DNA of 64,000 bases from a virus (lineage: Duplodnaviria; Caudoviricetes), in the IMG/VR virus record IMGVR_UViG_3300044630_000587, positions 937 to 64,936 of that record. One strand, 5' to 3'. Positions 9,051 through 16,745 of the stretch are shown here, in pieces. The stretch's first letter is position 1. Each line of letters begins with the position of its first letter. Under the pieces are notes generated by a model. That model made no database searches and was not told the origin of the DNA. It worked only from the letters and a program-made list of their open reading frames with translations. A program made the translations under genes and the position numbers.

Positions 9051-9244
9051 ACGACCAAGACTTGAGAGATTGCTTTGCGATGTTTGCGATGGTGGGTTTG
9101 TTTATGAAAGGTATTGGGTTAGATGATGAAGGCGCTAGACAGTGCTGGGATGCGGCTGACCGAATGCTCGAAGCCCGTAACAAAGTAGAAGATGACGGTG
9201 GTATTACCACAATTAAAAAGAGGAAGTATGTTAGAAAAGATTGA
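9047..9244 (+). CDS. small hypothetical phage protein
   Basis: LRDCFA...ADRMLEAR motif; GAGG SD; ATGA coupling. Confidence 0.75.
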   Translation: MNDQDLRDCFAMFAMVGLFMKGIGLDDEGARQCWDAADRMLEARNKVEDDGGITTIKKRKYVRKD

Positions 9245-9407
9245 TGGCAATAGGGATAAGCGTTTCTGTACAAGTTGTCAGACCATGCGACCAGCAGAGT
9301 ACGGCAAGATGTTGGAAGGAAAAATTAACAGGTGGCAGTGTACGGCTTGCGCCGAAAGAAGAAGTAAGCCACTGTACGCTAAGAAAAAAGGAGAGGGCGA
9401 TGCGTAA
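9228..9407 (+). CDS. zinc-ribbon protein
   Basis: CTSC...WQCTAC; GAGGA SD before ATG 9228. Confidence 0.7.
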   Translation: MLEKIDGNRDKRFCTSCQTMRPAEYGKMLEGKINRWQCTACAERRSKPLYAKKKGEGDA

Positions 9408-9711
9408 ATTATTAGGAACACTACTAGGTATATTTACTGTTGGTATATGTAGTGCGCAGATGGTAACGTATTTGGATGCGAATGGTAAACCGTTTATGTA
9501 CTCCAATAAGGTCGGTGGTCAGACTGTGTACATGGATCAGAACGGTAAACCTATTGCGTATCAGATGCCCTCAATGCCATCTGGCCCCCGCATTGATCCG
9601 ATTAACACACCATCATTTGTTTTTCCTATGATAAGCCCATCGCTTCCTGGCAGCGGAGCGATAACACCACTAGCCCCTTTACCCGAACTTGCACCTTTTA
9701 GAGGATTTTGA
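9400..9711 (+). CDS. secreted or periplasmic protein with signal peptide and Pro-rich tail
   Basis: MRKLLGTLLGIFTVGICSAQ signal-like N-terminus; two YxDxNGKP repeats. Confidence 0.65.
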   Translation: MRKLLGTLLGIFTVGICSAQMVTYLDANGKPFMYSNKVGGQTVYMDQNGKPIAYQMPSMPSGPRIDPINTPSFVFPMISPSLPGSGAITPLAPLPELAPFRGF

Positions 9712-9712
9712 A

Positions 9713-9901
9713 ATGACGACATTTACAACAGAAGACCGTGTTAACGCAGTAGTTAATGTAGAGCCAATCCCATTTGCGGGATTAGTGCAGTTACAAGACA
9801 AAGAAGATACAGAGCAGATGTTGCGTGCCCAGCTTGCCATTGTGCAAGCCGAGTGCCAGCGATTAAAAAAGAAACTAATGGAGCATGGAATAAATGACTG
9901 A
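9713..9901 (+). CDS. small hypothetical protein (MTTFTTEDR...)
   Basis: GAGG SD before ATG 9713; coiled-coil C-terminus. Confidence 0.65.
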   Translation: MTTFTTEDRVNAVVNVEPIPFAGLVQLQDKEDTEQMLRAQLAIVQAECQRLKKKLMEHGIND

Positions 9902-10076
9902 GGTAACAGAAGTAGAAATTAAAGAAACCCTATTTAATATCGGCAAACTTGCTGGAAGAATAAGTAGTGACGAGGGCAAGCGTCTGCTAATGCTTATGGA
10001 AACGGTGGTAGGGTATATGAACCAATTAGAAAAGCAGTTAAACAAAGATGACTTTGACATGGATGGTCGTTGCTGA
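9894..10076 (+). CDS. small hypothetical protein
   Basis: 60 aa, overlaps its neighbours in operon order. Confidence 0.6.
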   Translation: MTEVTEVEIKETLFNIGKLAGRISSDEGKRLLMLMETVVGYMNQLEKQLNKDDFDMDGRC

Positions 10077-11908
10077 TGAACCTAATAACGATTGACTTTG
10101 AAACCTTTTATGAGAAGTCTACCTTTAGCTTATCGAAGCTGACTACCGAGGAGTATGTTCGGGATGATCGCTTTGAGGTGATTGGTGTAGCCGTTAAGGT
10201 TAATGATGGTGAGACCGAGTGGGCGAGTGGTACACACGAACAGCTTAAGAATTGGCTCAAGGGATTTGACTGGGCGAACTCAATGGCGATTGCACACAAC
10301 ATGATGTTTGACGGATTCATTCTGTCAGAACGGTTTGGCATATTCCCTAAAGTCTATGCAGATACCCTGTCTATGGGTCGAGCCATTCATGGTGTCGAAG
10401 TTGGCGGTAGCCTAGCGGTGCTTGCGCAACGATACAACCTAGGTGTTAAGGGTGACGAGGTTATCGCCGCTTCAGGAAAAAACCGAGTGGACTTCACAGA
10501 CGAAGACCTTGATAGGTACGGCGACTACTGCGTGAACGACGTAGAACTAACCTATAAGTTGTTCAGTGCGATGATTAAGAAGGGCTTTCCGAAGACCGAG
10601 ATGAAGTTGATTGACTTGACTACTCGTATGTTCACACGACCCCTGCTTGATCTAAACCTGAACCTGTTGGAGATGCACCTAGCAGATATTAAGGAGAAGA
10701 AGGATAACCTGCTGATTCTTGCAAACATTGAGGACAAGGGCGAACTCGCTTCAAACCCGAAGTTTGCTGAGTTATTAAAGCAGTTCAATGTACCTGTGCC
10801 GATGAAGATTAGCCCGACTACGGGTAAAGAAACATTTGCGTTGTCTAAGAACGACGAGGAGTTCAAGGCTTTGGCTGAACATCCTGATGTACGGGTACAG
10901 GCTTTAGTTGCGGCGAGGCTGGGTACAAAATCAACCCTTGAAGAAACTAGGACAGAGCGATTCATCGGAATCGCCAAGCGAGGACTGATGCCAGTTCCCT
11001 TAAAATACTATGCGGCGCACACAGGACGGTGGGGTGGTAGTGATTCCCTAAACTTGCAGAACTTGCCAAGCCGAGGGGACAACGCAGGGAAGTTAAAGAA
11101 GGCTATTGTTGCACCCGAAGGCTACTCGGTTATCGATGCCGATTCGAGTCAGATTGAAGCACGGGTCTTAGCGTGGCTGGCTGGTCAAAACGATTTAGTT
11201 GAAGCGTTTGCGAAAGGTGAAGATGTATACAAGATCATGGCATCAGCTATCTATGGTAAGAGCGAAGCAGAAGTTTCAAAGGAAGAACGATTTGTGGGTA
11301 AGACGACTATCCTTGGGGCTGGCTACGGCATGGGCTCGCAGAAATTCAGGGCACAGCTTAAAACGTTCGGGGCTGAAATTAGTGAAGACGAAGCACGGCA
11401 TATCATTCAAATCTATCGGGAAACTTATCCGAGTATCGTAGGACTATGGCGACAAGCGCAGTTGGCGCTGGAAGCAATAAGCAAGGGCTACACAACATCT
11501 TTGGGTAAGGCGGGTGTACTTGGTATCGAGCCTAACGAGAAAGGTATCAGACTACCGAGTGGCTTACTGATGCGGTACGACCAGCTTGTTGCGGTGCGAG
11601 ATGAGAAGGGTATGCAGTACCAGTACAAGACTCGCTATGGTTGGAATAAAATCTACGGCGGTAAAGTTATCGAGAACGTATGCCAAGCTATCGCTCGTTG
11701 CATCATTGGTGAGCAGATGATTAAGATTGCCAAGCGTTACGATGTTGTACTAACAGTACACGATGCGATTGCCTGTGTAGTAAAAGACGAAGAAGTAAAA
11801 GAAGCCCAAGCCTACATTGAAGAGTGCATGAAGTGGACACCTGAGTGGGCAAATGGATTACCAGTAAGTTGTGAATCAGGATACGGAAAGAGTTATGGAG
11901 ATTGCTAA
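10076..11908 (+). CDS. polA: family A DNA polymerase with 3'-5' exonuclease
   Basis: Exo I IDFET, exo II AHN..FD, exo III Y...D; HTGRWGG, NLQNLP, motif A DSSQIEAR, motif B RFVGKTTILGAGYG, motif C TVHDA. Confidence 0.95.
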   Translation: MNLITIDFETFYEKSTFSLSKLTTEEYVRDDRFEVIGVAVKVNDGETEWASGTHEQLKNWLKGFDWANSMAIAHNMMFDGFILSERFGIFPKVYADTLSMGRAIHGVEVGGSLAVLAQRYNLGVKGDEVIAASGKNRVDFTDEDLDRYGDYCVNDVELTYKLFSAMIKKGFPKTEMKLIDLTTRMFTRPLLDLNLNLLEMHLADIKEKKDNLLILANIEDKGELASNPKFAELLKQFNVPVPMKISPTTGKETFALSKNDEEFKALAEHPDVRVQALVAARLGTKSTLEETRTERFIGIAKRGLMPVPLKYYAAHTGRWGGSDSLNLQNLPSRGDNAGKLKKAIVAPEGYSVIDADSSQIEARVLAWLAGQNDLVEAFAKGEDVYKIMASAIYGKSEAEVSKEERFVGKTTILGAGYGMGSQKFRAQLKTFGAEISEDEARHIIQIYRETYPSIVGLWRQAQLALEAISKGYTTSLGKAGVLGIEPNEKGIRLPSGLLMRYDQLVAVRDEKGMQYQYKTRYGWNKIYGGKVIENVCQAIARCIIGEQMIKIAKRYDVVLTVHDAIACVVKDEEVKEAQAYIEECMKWTPEWANGLPVSCESGYGKSYGDC

Positions 11909-12083
11909 AGTTGATTATTCCCCAATGTATTTACACGCATTAAAAGAAATCAGGATGGCACACGATGCCTTGGTGTCAAACAAGTTTCAAGCGGCTTATG
12001 ACCACTGTATGAATGCACAGGCTGAGATGAGGCTAATGACAGGCGCAGTTAAGACATGGATACAAATTGAGGACACGGAATGA
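11895..12083 (+). CDS. small hypothetical protein
   Basis: Start 11895 (MEIAKVDY), coupled to the next gene. Confidence 0.6.
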   Translation: MEIAKVDYSPMYLHALKEIRMAHDALVSNKFQAAYDHCMNAQAEMRLMTGAVKTWIQIEDTE

Positions 12084-12286
12084 ACGACCCAGTAAATCAC
12101 CCGAAGCATTACACTGACCACCCTAGCGGTATCGAGTGCATACAGATTACAGAACACATGGGGTTCAATCTAGGTAATGCGCTCAAGTACATTTGGCGAT
12201 GTGACCTTAAAAAGGATGCCGTTGAGGACTTGTGTAAAGCCCGTTGGTACATTGATCGTGAAATTGCTAAGAGAACTAAACAATGA
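12080..12286 (+). CDS. DUF3310 (SaV / T7 gp1.7-like) protein
   Basis: DPVNHPKHY...IECI...GNALKYIWR...KARWY. Confidence 0.9.
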   Translation: MNDPVNHPKHYTDHPSGIECIQITEHMGFNLGNALKYIWRCDLKKDAVEDLCKARWYIDREIAKRTKQ

Positions 12287-12951
12287 CTAAACCTATCTCA
12301 TGGTCGTACTCCAGCATTAAGTTGTTTGACCAATGCCCTAAGAAGTACTATCACTTACGGGTTATCAAAGACGTTAAAGAACCACCGACGGACGCAATTA
12401 CGTATGGCAAGGAGTTCCATGAAGCGGCTGAGTTATACATCAGAGATGGTAAACCTATACCCCCACAGTTTGCCTTTGCTAAAAACGCACTGGATAACCT
12501 TAAGCAGTTAAAGGGTGAGAAGTTATGCGAACTTGAGATGGGTTTGACCGAGAACTTAGAGCCATGTGGGTTCAAAGACCCTAACGTGTGGTGGCGAGGG
12601 GTAGCCGACCTAGCCATCATTGACGGCACAAAGGGTAGATGCCTAGATTACAAGACAGGAAAGTCTGCCAAGTATGCCGATACTGACCAGCTAGAACTGA
12701 TGGCACTAGCCATGTTTAAGCACTTCCCACAGCTAACCGAGGTGCAAGGAGCCCTGTTTTTTGTCATCAGCAAGAACTTCATAAAGGACTCGTACAAGGC
12801 TGAAAAACAGGATAAGATGTGGACTAAATGGTTGGCAGAGTACAGCAAGATGAAGATGGCTTACGAAAACGATGTATGGAATCCTCGCCCTTCAGGATTG
12901 TGCAAAAAACACTGCCTAGTTATGGAATGCCCGCACAATGGAAGGAACTAA
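12283..12951 (+). CDS. PD-(D/E)XK exonuclease (Cas4/RecB-like)
   Basis: WSYSS...CPKKY, G..FH, D...DYKTG, QL..MA, C-terminal C..HC....CPH cluster. Confidence 0.9.
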   Translation: MTKPISWSYSSIKLFDQCPKKYYHLRVIKDVKEPPTDAITYGKEFHEAAELYIRDGKPIPPQFAFAKNALDNLKQLKGEKLCELEMGLTENLEPCGFKDPNVWWRGVADLAIIDGTKGRCLDYKTGKSAKYADTDQLELMALAMFKHFPQLTEVQGALFFVISKNFIKDSYKAEKQDKMWTKWLAEYSKMKMAYENDVWNPRPSGLCKKHCLVMECPHNGRN

Positions 12952-12953
12952 TA

Positions 12954-13268
12954 ATGCCCTACGTTAATAAACCAAGACCGTACGATAAAGAGTACGACCA
13001 ACAAAAAGCGAGAGGTGAACTACCTAGTCGCATGGAACGTCAACGTGCTCGTCGCAAGATAGACAAGACAGGCAAAGACGCAAACAAAAACGGTGTAGCC
13101 GATAAGCGTGAAGGTAAGGATGTAGCGCACGTCAAAGCGTTGTCTAAAGGTGGTAGTAATAAACACGGTGTTCGTATTGAGTCGCCGTCAAAGAATCGTT
13201 CGTTCAAGCGGGATTCAAAAAGTAATTTAGTTTCAGAAGTAAGTAAAAAAGAAAGAAAAAAGGCTTGA
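12954..13268 (+). CDS. small basic HNH-like protein
   Basis: GKDVAHVKALSKGGSN...NRS; start at 12954 after AAGGA SD. Confidence 0.65.
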   Translation: MPYVNKPRPYDKEYDQQKARGELPSRMERQRARRKIDKTGKDANKNGVADKREGKDVAHVKALSKGGSNKHGVRIESPSKNRSFKRDSKSNLVSEVSKKERKKA

Positions 13269-13292
13269 ACTTTTCTGAAATTGTTGTAATAT
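13265..13292 (+). promoter_or_regulatory. possible sigma70 promoter upstream of the structured RNA and helicase
   Basis: TTGAAC-N16-TAATAT. Confidence 0.45.
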
Positions 13293-13312
13293 AAAAGTTA
13301 CTAGTTTTACAA

Positions 13313-13455
13313 GATGCAAGCGTAAGGTATGAGTGGCGAACATCACGGTTTCATTTCCGTATAAACCATACCAGTCAGCACCATTTCATTTCCTGTGGGG
13401 AACTGACAAACTCGATAGAGCATAGTGGACACCACTTATGCTCTATTTACGCATC
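13313..13455 (+). ncRNA. putative four-way-junction structured RNA with two UUUCAUUUCC loops
   Basis: GCGTAA(13320-25)/TTACGC(13447-52) closes three stems: GGTATG/CATACC, GTCAG/CTGAC and ATAGAGCATA-GTGG/CCAC-TATGCTCTAT. Confidence 0.65.
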
Positions 13456-13468
13456 ACTGGAGAAATAG

Positions 13469-15007
13469 TTGCAAATAATAAATAATAAAATTCTGTTGTT
13501 AAATCTGCGTAACCCTAACAAAGTTACAACGGTAATACCAAAGAGTAAACAACTTGAGGGGAATCAGGTCGCCGTTAACTGGGGCCTAGACGAAGCTCGC
13601 ATACTTAAGAATCTACAAATAAAAAACATCCCATCACCAATTATGGGGCATTACACTTGGCCTGGATTACATAAACCGTTTGACCATCAAAAAACTACCG
13701 CTTCTTTCCTAACCCTACACCCCCGTGCCTTCTGCCTTAACGAGCAGGGTACTGGCAAAACAGGCTCGGTTATATGGGCGGCTGATTACCTAATGAAGAT
13801 TGGGCGACTCAAGCGTGTACTGGTTATCTGCCCCTTATCTATTATGGATTCTGCTTGGCGGGCAGACCTATTTAAGTTTGCCATGCACCGCAAAGTAGAT
13901 ATTGCGTATGGCAGCAAGGAAAAACGGATTCGCATAATTAACTCAGACGCTGAGTTTGTCATTATTAACTATGATGGGGTTGAGATTGTGCAAGAGGAGA
14001 TAGCTAACGGGGGCTTTGACCTAGTAGTTATTGACGAAGCTAACGCATACAAGAATGCCCAGACGACTCGTTGGAAGACACTCAATAAGATATTAAAACC
14101 TGAGACATGGCTATGGATGCTAACAGGTACACCAGCCGCCCAATCCCCTGTGGATGCCTATGGTTTGGCTAAGTTGGTTAGCCCACATAATGTGCCTAGG
14201 TTTTACTCGGCTTTCAAAGACATGGTGATGTACAAGGTATCGCAGTTCCGCTGGGTAAACAGACCCAATGCCGAGAAGATCGTACACGAAGCACTCCAGC
14301 CAGCCATACGGTTTACCAAGGAAGAATGTTTAGACCTGCCTGAGTTGACCTACGTAACCCGTGAAGTCGAACTTACCCCACAACAGAAGAAATACTACGA
14401 GTTGCTACGTAGCAAGTTGGTTGTGTCCGCTGTGGGAGAACAGATTACTGCGGTAAACGCTGCTGTTGGAATGAGCAAACTCCTGCAAATATCTTGTGGA
14501 GCAGTGTATTCGGATTCGGGCGAAACCCTAGAATTTGACATTAAAAACCGTTACAAGGTCATGCGGGAAGTGCTGGATGAGACCAAGCAAAAAGCCCTGA
14601 TATTCGTGCCGTTCAAGAACACCATCGAGATCCTGTCCAAGAAGCTACAAGACGACGGGTTCACAACCGAGATCATCAACGGCGACGTGCCAGCAGGTAA
14701 ACGGGCAGAAATATTTAAAGCCTTCCAAGATACACCCAACCCAAGAATTCTAATCATCCAACCCCAAGCGGCGGCTCATGGAGTCACTTTAACGGCGGCT
14801 GATACGGTTATTTGGTGGGGACCTACCCCAAGCCTAGAAACATACGCTCAAGCCAATGCAAGGGCGCATAGGGCGGGGCAGAGGCATCCAGTTACGGTGG
14901 TGAGATTACAGGGTTCAAATGCGGAGAAACACCTATATAAAATGCTTGACAACCGTATTGACGACCATGTAAAGTTAGTTGAACTTTACAAGAATTTACT
15001 TGAATAA
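13469..15007 (+). CDS. SNF2-family (SF2) helicase
   Basis: EQGTGKT, IDEA, LTGTP, HGVTLT, QANARAHRAGQ; TTG start with GGAG SD. Confidence 0.92.
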   Translation: MQIINNKILLLNLRNPNKVTTVIPKSKQLEGNQVAVNWGLDEARILKNLQIKNIPSPIMGHYTWPGLHKPFDHQKTTASFLTLHPRAFCLNEQGTGKTGSVIWAADYLMKIGRLKRVLVICPLSIMDSAWRADLFKFAMHRKVDIAYGSKEKRIRIINSDAEFVIINYDGVEIVQEEIANGGFDLVVIDEANAYKNAQTTRWKTLNKILKPETWLWMLTGTPAAQSPVDAYGLAKLVSPHNVPRFYSAFKDMVMYKVSQFRWVNRPNAEKIVHEALQPAIRFTKEECLDLPELTYVTREVELTPQQKKYYELLRSKLVVSAVGEQITAVNAAVGMSKLLQISCGAVYSDSGETLEFDIKNRYKVMREVLDETKQKALIFVPFKNTIEILSKKLQDDGFTTEIINGDVPAGKRAEIFKAFQDTPNPRILIIQPQAAAHGVTLTAADTVIWWGPTPSLETYAQANARAHRAGQRHPVTVVRLQGSNAEKHLYKMLDNRIDDHVKLVELYKNLLE

Positions 15008-15028
15008 GTTAGAGTTTACTAGTATAGT
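15000..15028 (+). promoter_or_regulatory. sigma70-type promoter, followed by a 5' hairpin at 15037-15067
   Basis: TTGAAT-N17-TATAGT; CGATAGCG/CGTTATCG stem. Confidence 0.7.
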
Positions 15029-15086
15029 AGTTGTACCGATAGCGAGAATAACACCAAGCCGTTATCGTTTTAAACAGGAGAATGTT

Positions 15087-15512
15087 ATGAGTGACGAAGT
15101 AGGATCACAGGCAGAAGTGCCTCTAGAAAAGCTGACTCGTATCTACATCAAGATGCGGGATAAAAAGGCTGAAGTAACCCACGAACTTGAGGAAAAGGTT
15201 TCCAAGATTGAACAGGATATGAAGACTGTGAAAACAGCCATCCTGTCTCATATGAAGGAGATTGGAGCCGAGAGTTTAAGAACTGAGGCTGGCACTGTAT
15301 ACCGTACCGTAAGGACTACGTATGCAACGTCAGACTGGGAATCCATGCACAAGTTTATTCTTGAACATGGTGTGCCAGAACTATTGGAGAAGCGTATTCA
15401 ACAAACCAATATGAAGGCATTTTTAGAAGAAAATCCTGAGATGCTTCCCCCAGGATTGAATGCGAATAGTGAATATTCAGTAACCATAAAAAGGAGCAAA
15501 AATGGTGGATGA
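15087..15512 (+). CDS. conserved phage replication-module protein (coiled coil, possibly Gam/gp157-like)
   Basis: AACAGGAGAATGTT leader; YIKMRD...RTEAGT...DW...LLEKRI...PPGL. Confidence 0.7.
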   Translation: MSDEVGSQAEVPLEKLTRIYIKMRDKKAEVTHELEEKVSKIEQDMKTVKTAILSHMKEIGAESLRTEAGTVYRTVRTTYATSDWESMHKFILEHGVPELLEKRIQQTNMKAFLEENPEMLPPGLNANSEYSVTIKRSKNGG

Positions 15513-15774
15513 AGCGTTTGTCCCGATAGAAGATGTGGCTAAGCATTTTGCTGTGTCTGTATCGACAGTCCGTGCATGGATCCGACAGAGCTTAATCCCT
15601 GCGCTAAAACTTGGCGGTGTATATCGTTTCAAGATTAGCGAAGTGGAGCAAGCCCTACGGAAACTAAACGGAGGAGAACTAGTACGAGAAGAAGCCGACG
15701 GCAGTCTAACGGTGCAAGCACCTGCAGGATCAGCCCAAATGGCTCTTAACTTTAACCCTGACGAAGATATTTAA
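15502..15774 (+). CDS. MerR/excisionase-like HTH DNA-binding protein
   Basis: IEDVAKHFAVSVSTVRAWIRQSLIPALKLGGVYRFKISEV. Confidence 0.88.
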   Translation: MVDEAFVPIEDVAKHFAVSVSTVRAWIRQSLIPALKLGGVYRFKISEVEQALRKLNGGELVREEADGSLTVQAPAGSAQMALNFNPDEDI

Positions 15775-15785
15775 GGAGAATTAGC

Positions 15786-16664
15786 ATGAGTGATTTAACT
15801 CTATTTAAAGGTGGTTTACCATCATATTTACAAACCTCAGGCGATGACGCAACCAATGCCCTAGCTGGTACAGGCGATGGTGGTTTAGGCGCTCGTCGTA
15901 TTTCCATCAAAGGCGGTGTATTCCGTGAGTTTATTGGTGGTAAAGAGTACCGTGTATCCGAAGAACGTTCTATGAACGTTGTAATTATTAAAGCTGCGCC
16001 GAAAGTATCCCGTATTTATTACGCTGGAAGTTACACAGAAGGCGAAGCAGTGTCCCCAACTTGCTGGTCATCCGACAGCCAACGTCCTGATGAAAAGGTC
16101 AAAAATAAGCAATCAGCCACCTGCTTAACTTGCCCACAAAACATCAAGGGCTCAGGTCAAGGTGATAGCCGTGCATGCCGTTATCAGCAACGCTTGGCAG
16201 TTGTGCTTGATGGTGAGATTGATAAAGGCGAAGTTTATCAGCTAGTATTGCCACCAACATCTGTGTTCGGTGATGGTGAAAAAGGTAAGCACCCTTTACA
16301 GGCATATGCTCGTCATCTGAAAAGCCACGATACCCCTATCACTGGGGTTGTTACCGAGATGCGGTTTGACACAGCAAGTCCTACACCGAAGCTGGTATTC
16401 AAGCCAGTACGTCCAGTATCTGAAGACGAGTTCAATCGTATTCAAGACTTAAAGGATTCACCCGAAGCTATTGCCGCTATCACATTGACTGTGGCACAAA
16501 CTGATGGTGTGAAGGACAAGCCAGCCGTTAAGAACGCATTAGCCGCACCAAAAGCTGAAGAAGCAGAAGCTATTGAAGAACCGAAGAAAGCTCCACCTAA
16601 GAAAGCCCCTGTGGCGAACGAGCCTAAACTAGAAGATTTAGTTGGCGAATGGGATGATGCTTAA
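15786..16664 (+). CDS. putative single-stranded DNA-binding protein
   Basis: RISIKGG.FR, PTCWS, CLTCPQN, RACR; Ala/Pro/Lys linker and acidic aromatic tail (GEWDDA); lies before the primase. Confidence 0.65.
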   Translation: MSDLTLFKGGLPSYLQTSGDDATNALAGTGDGGLGARRISIKGGVFREFIGGKEYRVSEERSMNVVIIKAAPKVSRIYYAGSYTEGEAVSPTCWSSDSQRPDEKVKNKQSATCLTCPQNIKGSGQGDSRACRYQQRLAVVLDGEIDKGEVYQLVLPPTSVFGDGEKGKHPLQAYARHLKSHDTPITGVVTEMRFDTASPTPKLVFKPVRPVSEDEFNRIQDLKDSPEAIAAITLTVAQTDGVKDKPAVKNALAAPKAEEAEAIEEPKKAPPKKAPVANEPKLEDLVGEWDDA

Positions 16665-16674
16665 ATAACGGTTT

Positions 16675-16743
16675 GGGGGAAAGCGCATTTTTAAAAACAT
16701 GCTTCACATACATGGGGCGTGAGTACCCCACCTTCAAAGGTGG
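16675..16743 (+). promoter_or_regulatory. structured leader of the primase gene
   Basis: GGGG-GAAAG-CGC...GCG-TGAGTA-CCCC stem, then CCACCTT-CA-AAGGTGG hairpin covering the SD. Confidence 0.55.
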
Positions 16744-16745
16744 CT

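Noticed and set aside
12283-12951. Cas4-like nuclease as part of a CRISPR-Cas system
   Set aside because: No other cas genes or array; stand-alone PD-(D/E)XK exonucleases are normal in phage replication modules.
13313-13455. Cloverleaf as a tRNA
   Set aside because: Too long, with no T-loop GTTC, no D-loop consensus and no 7-nt anticodon loop.
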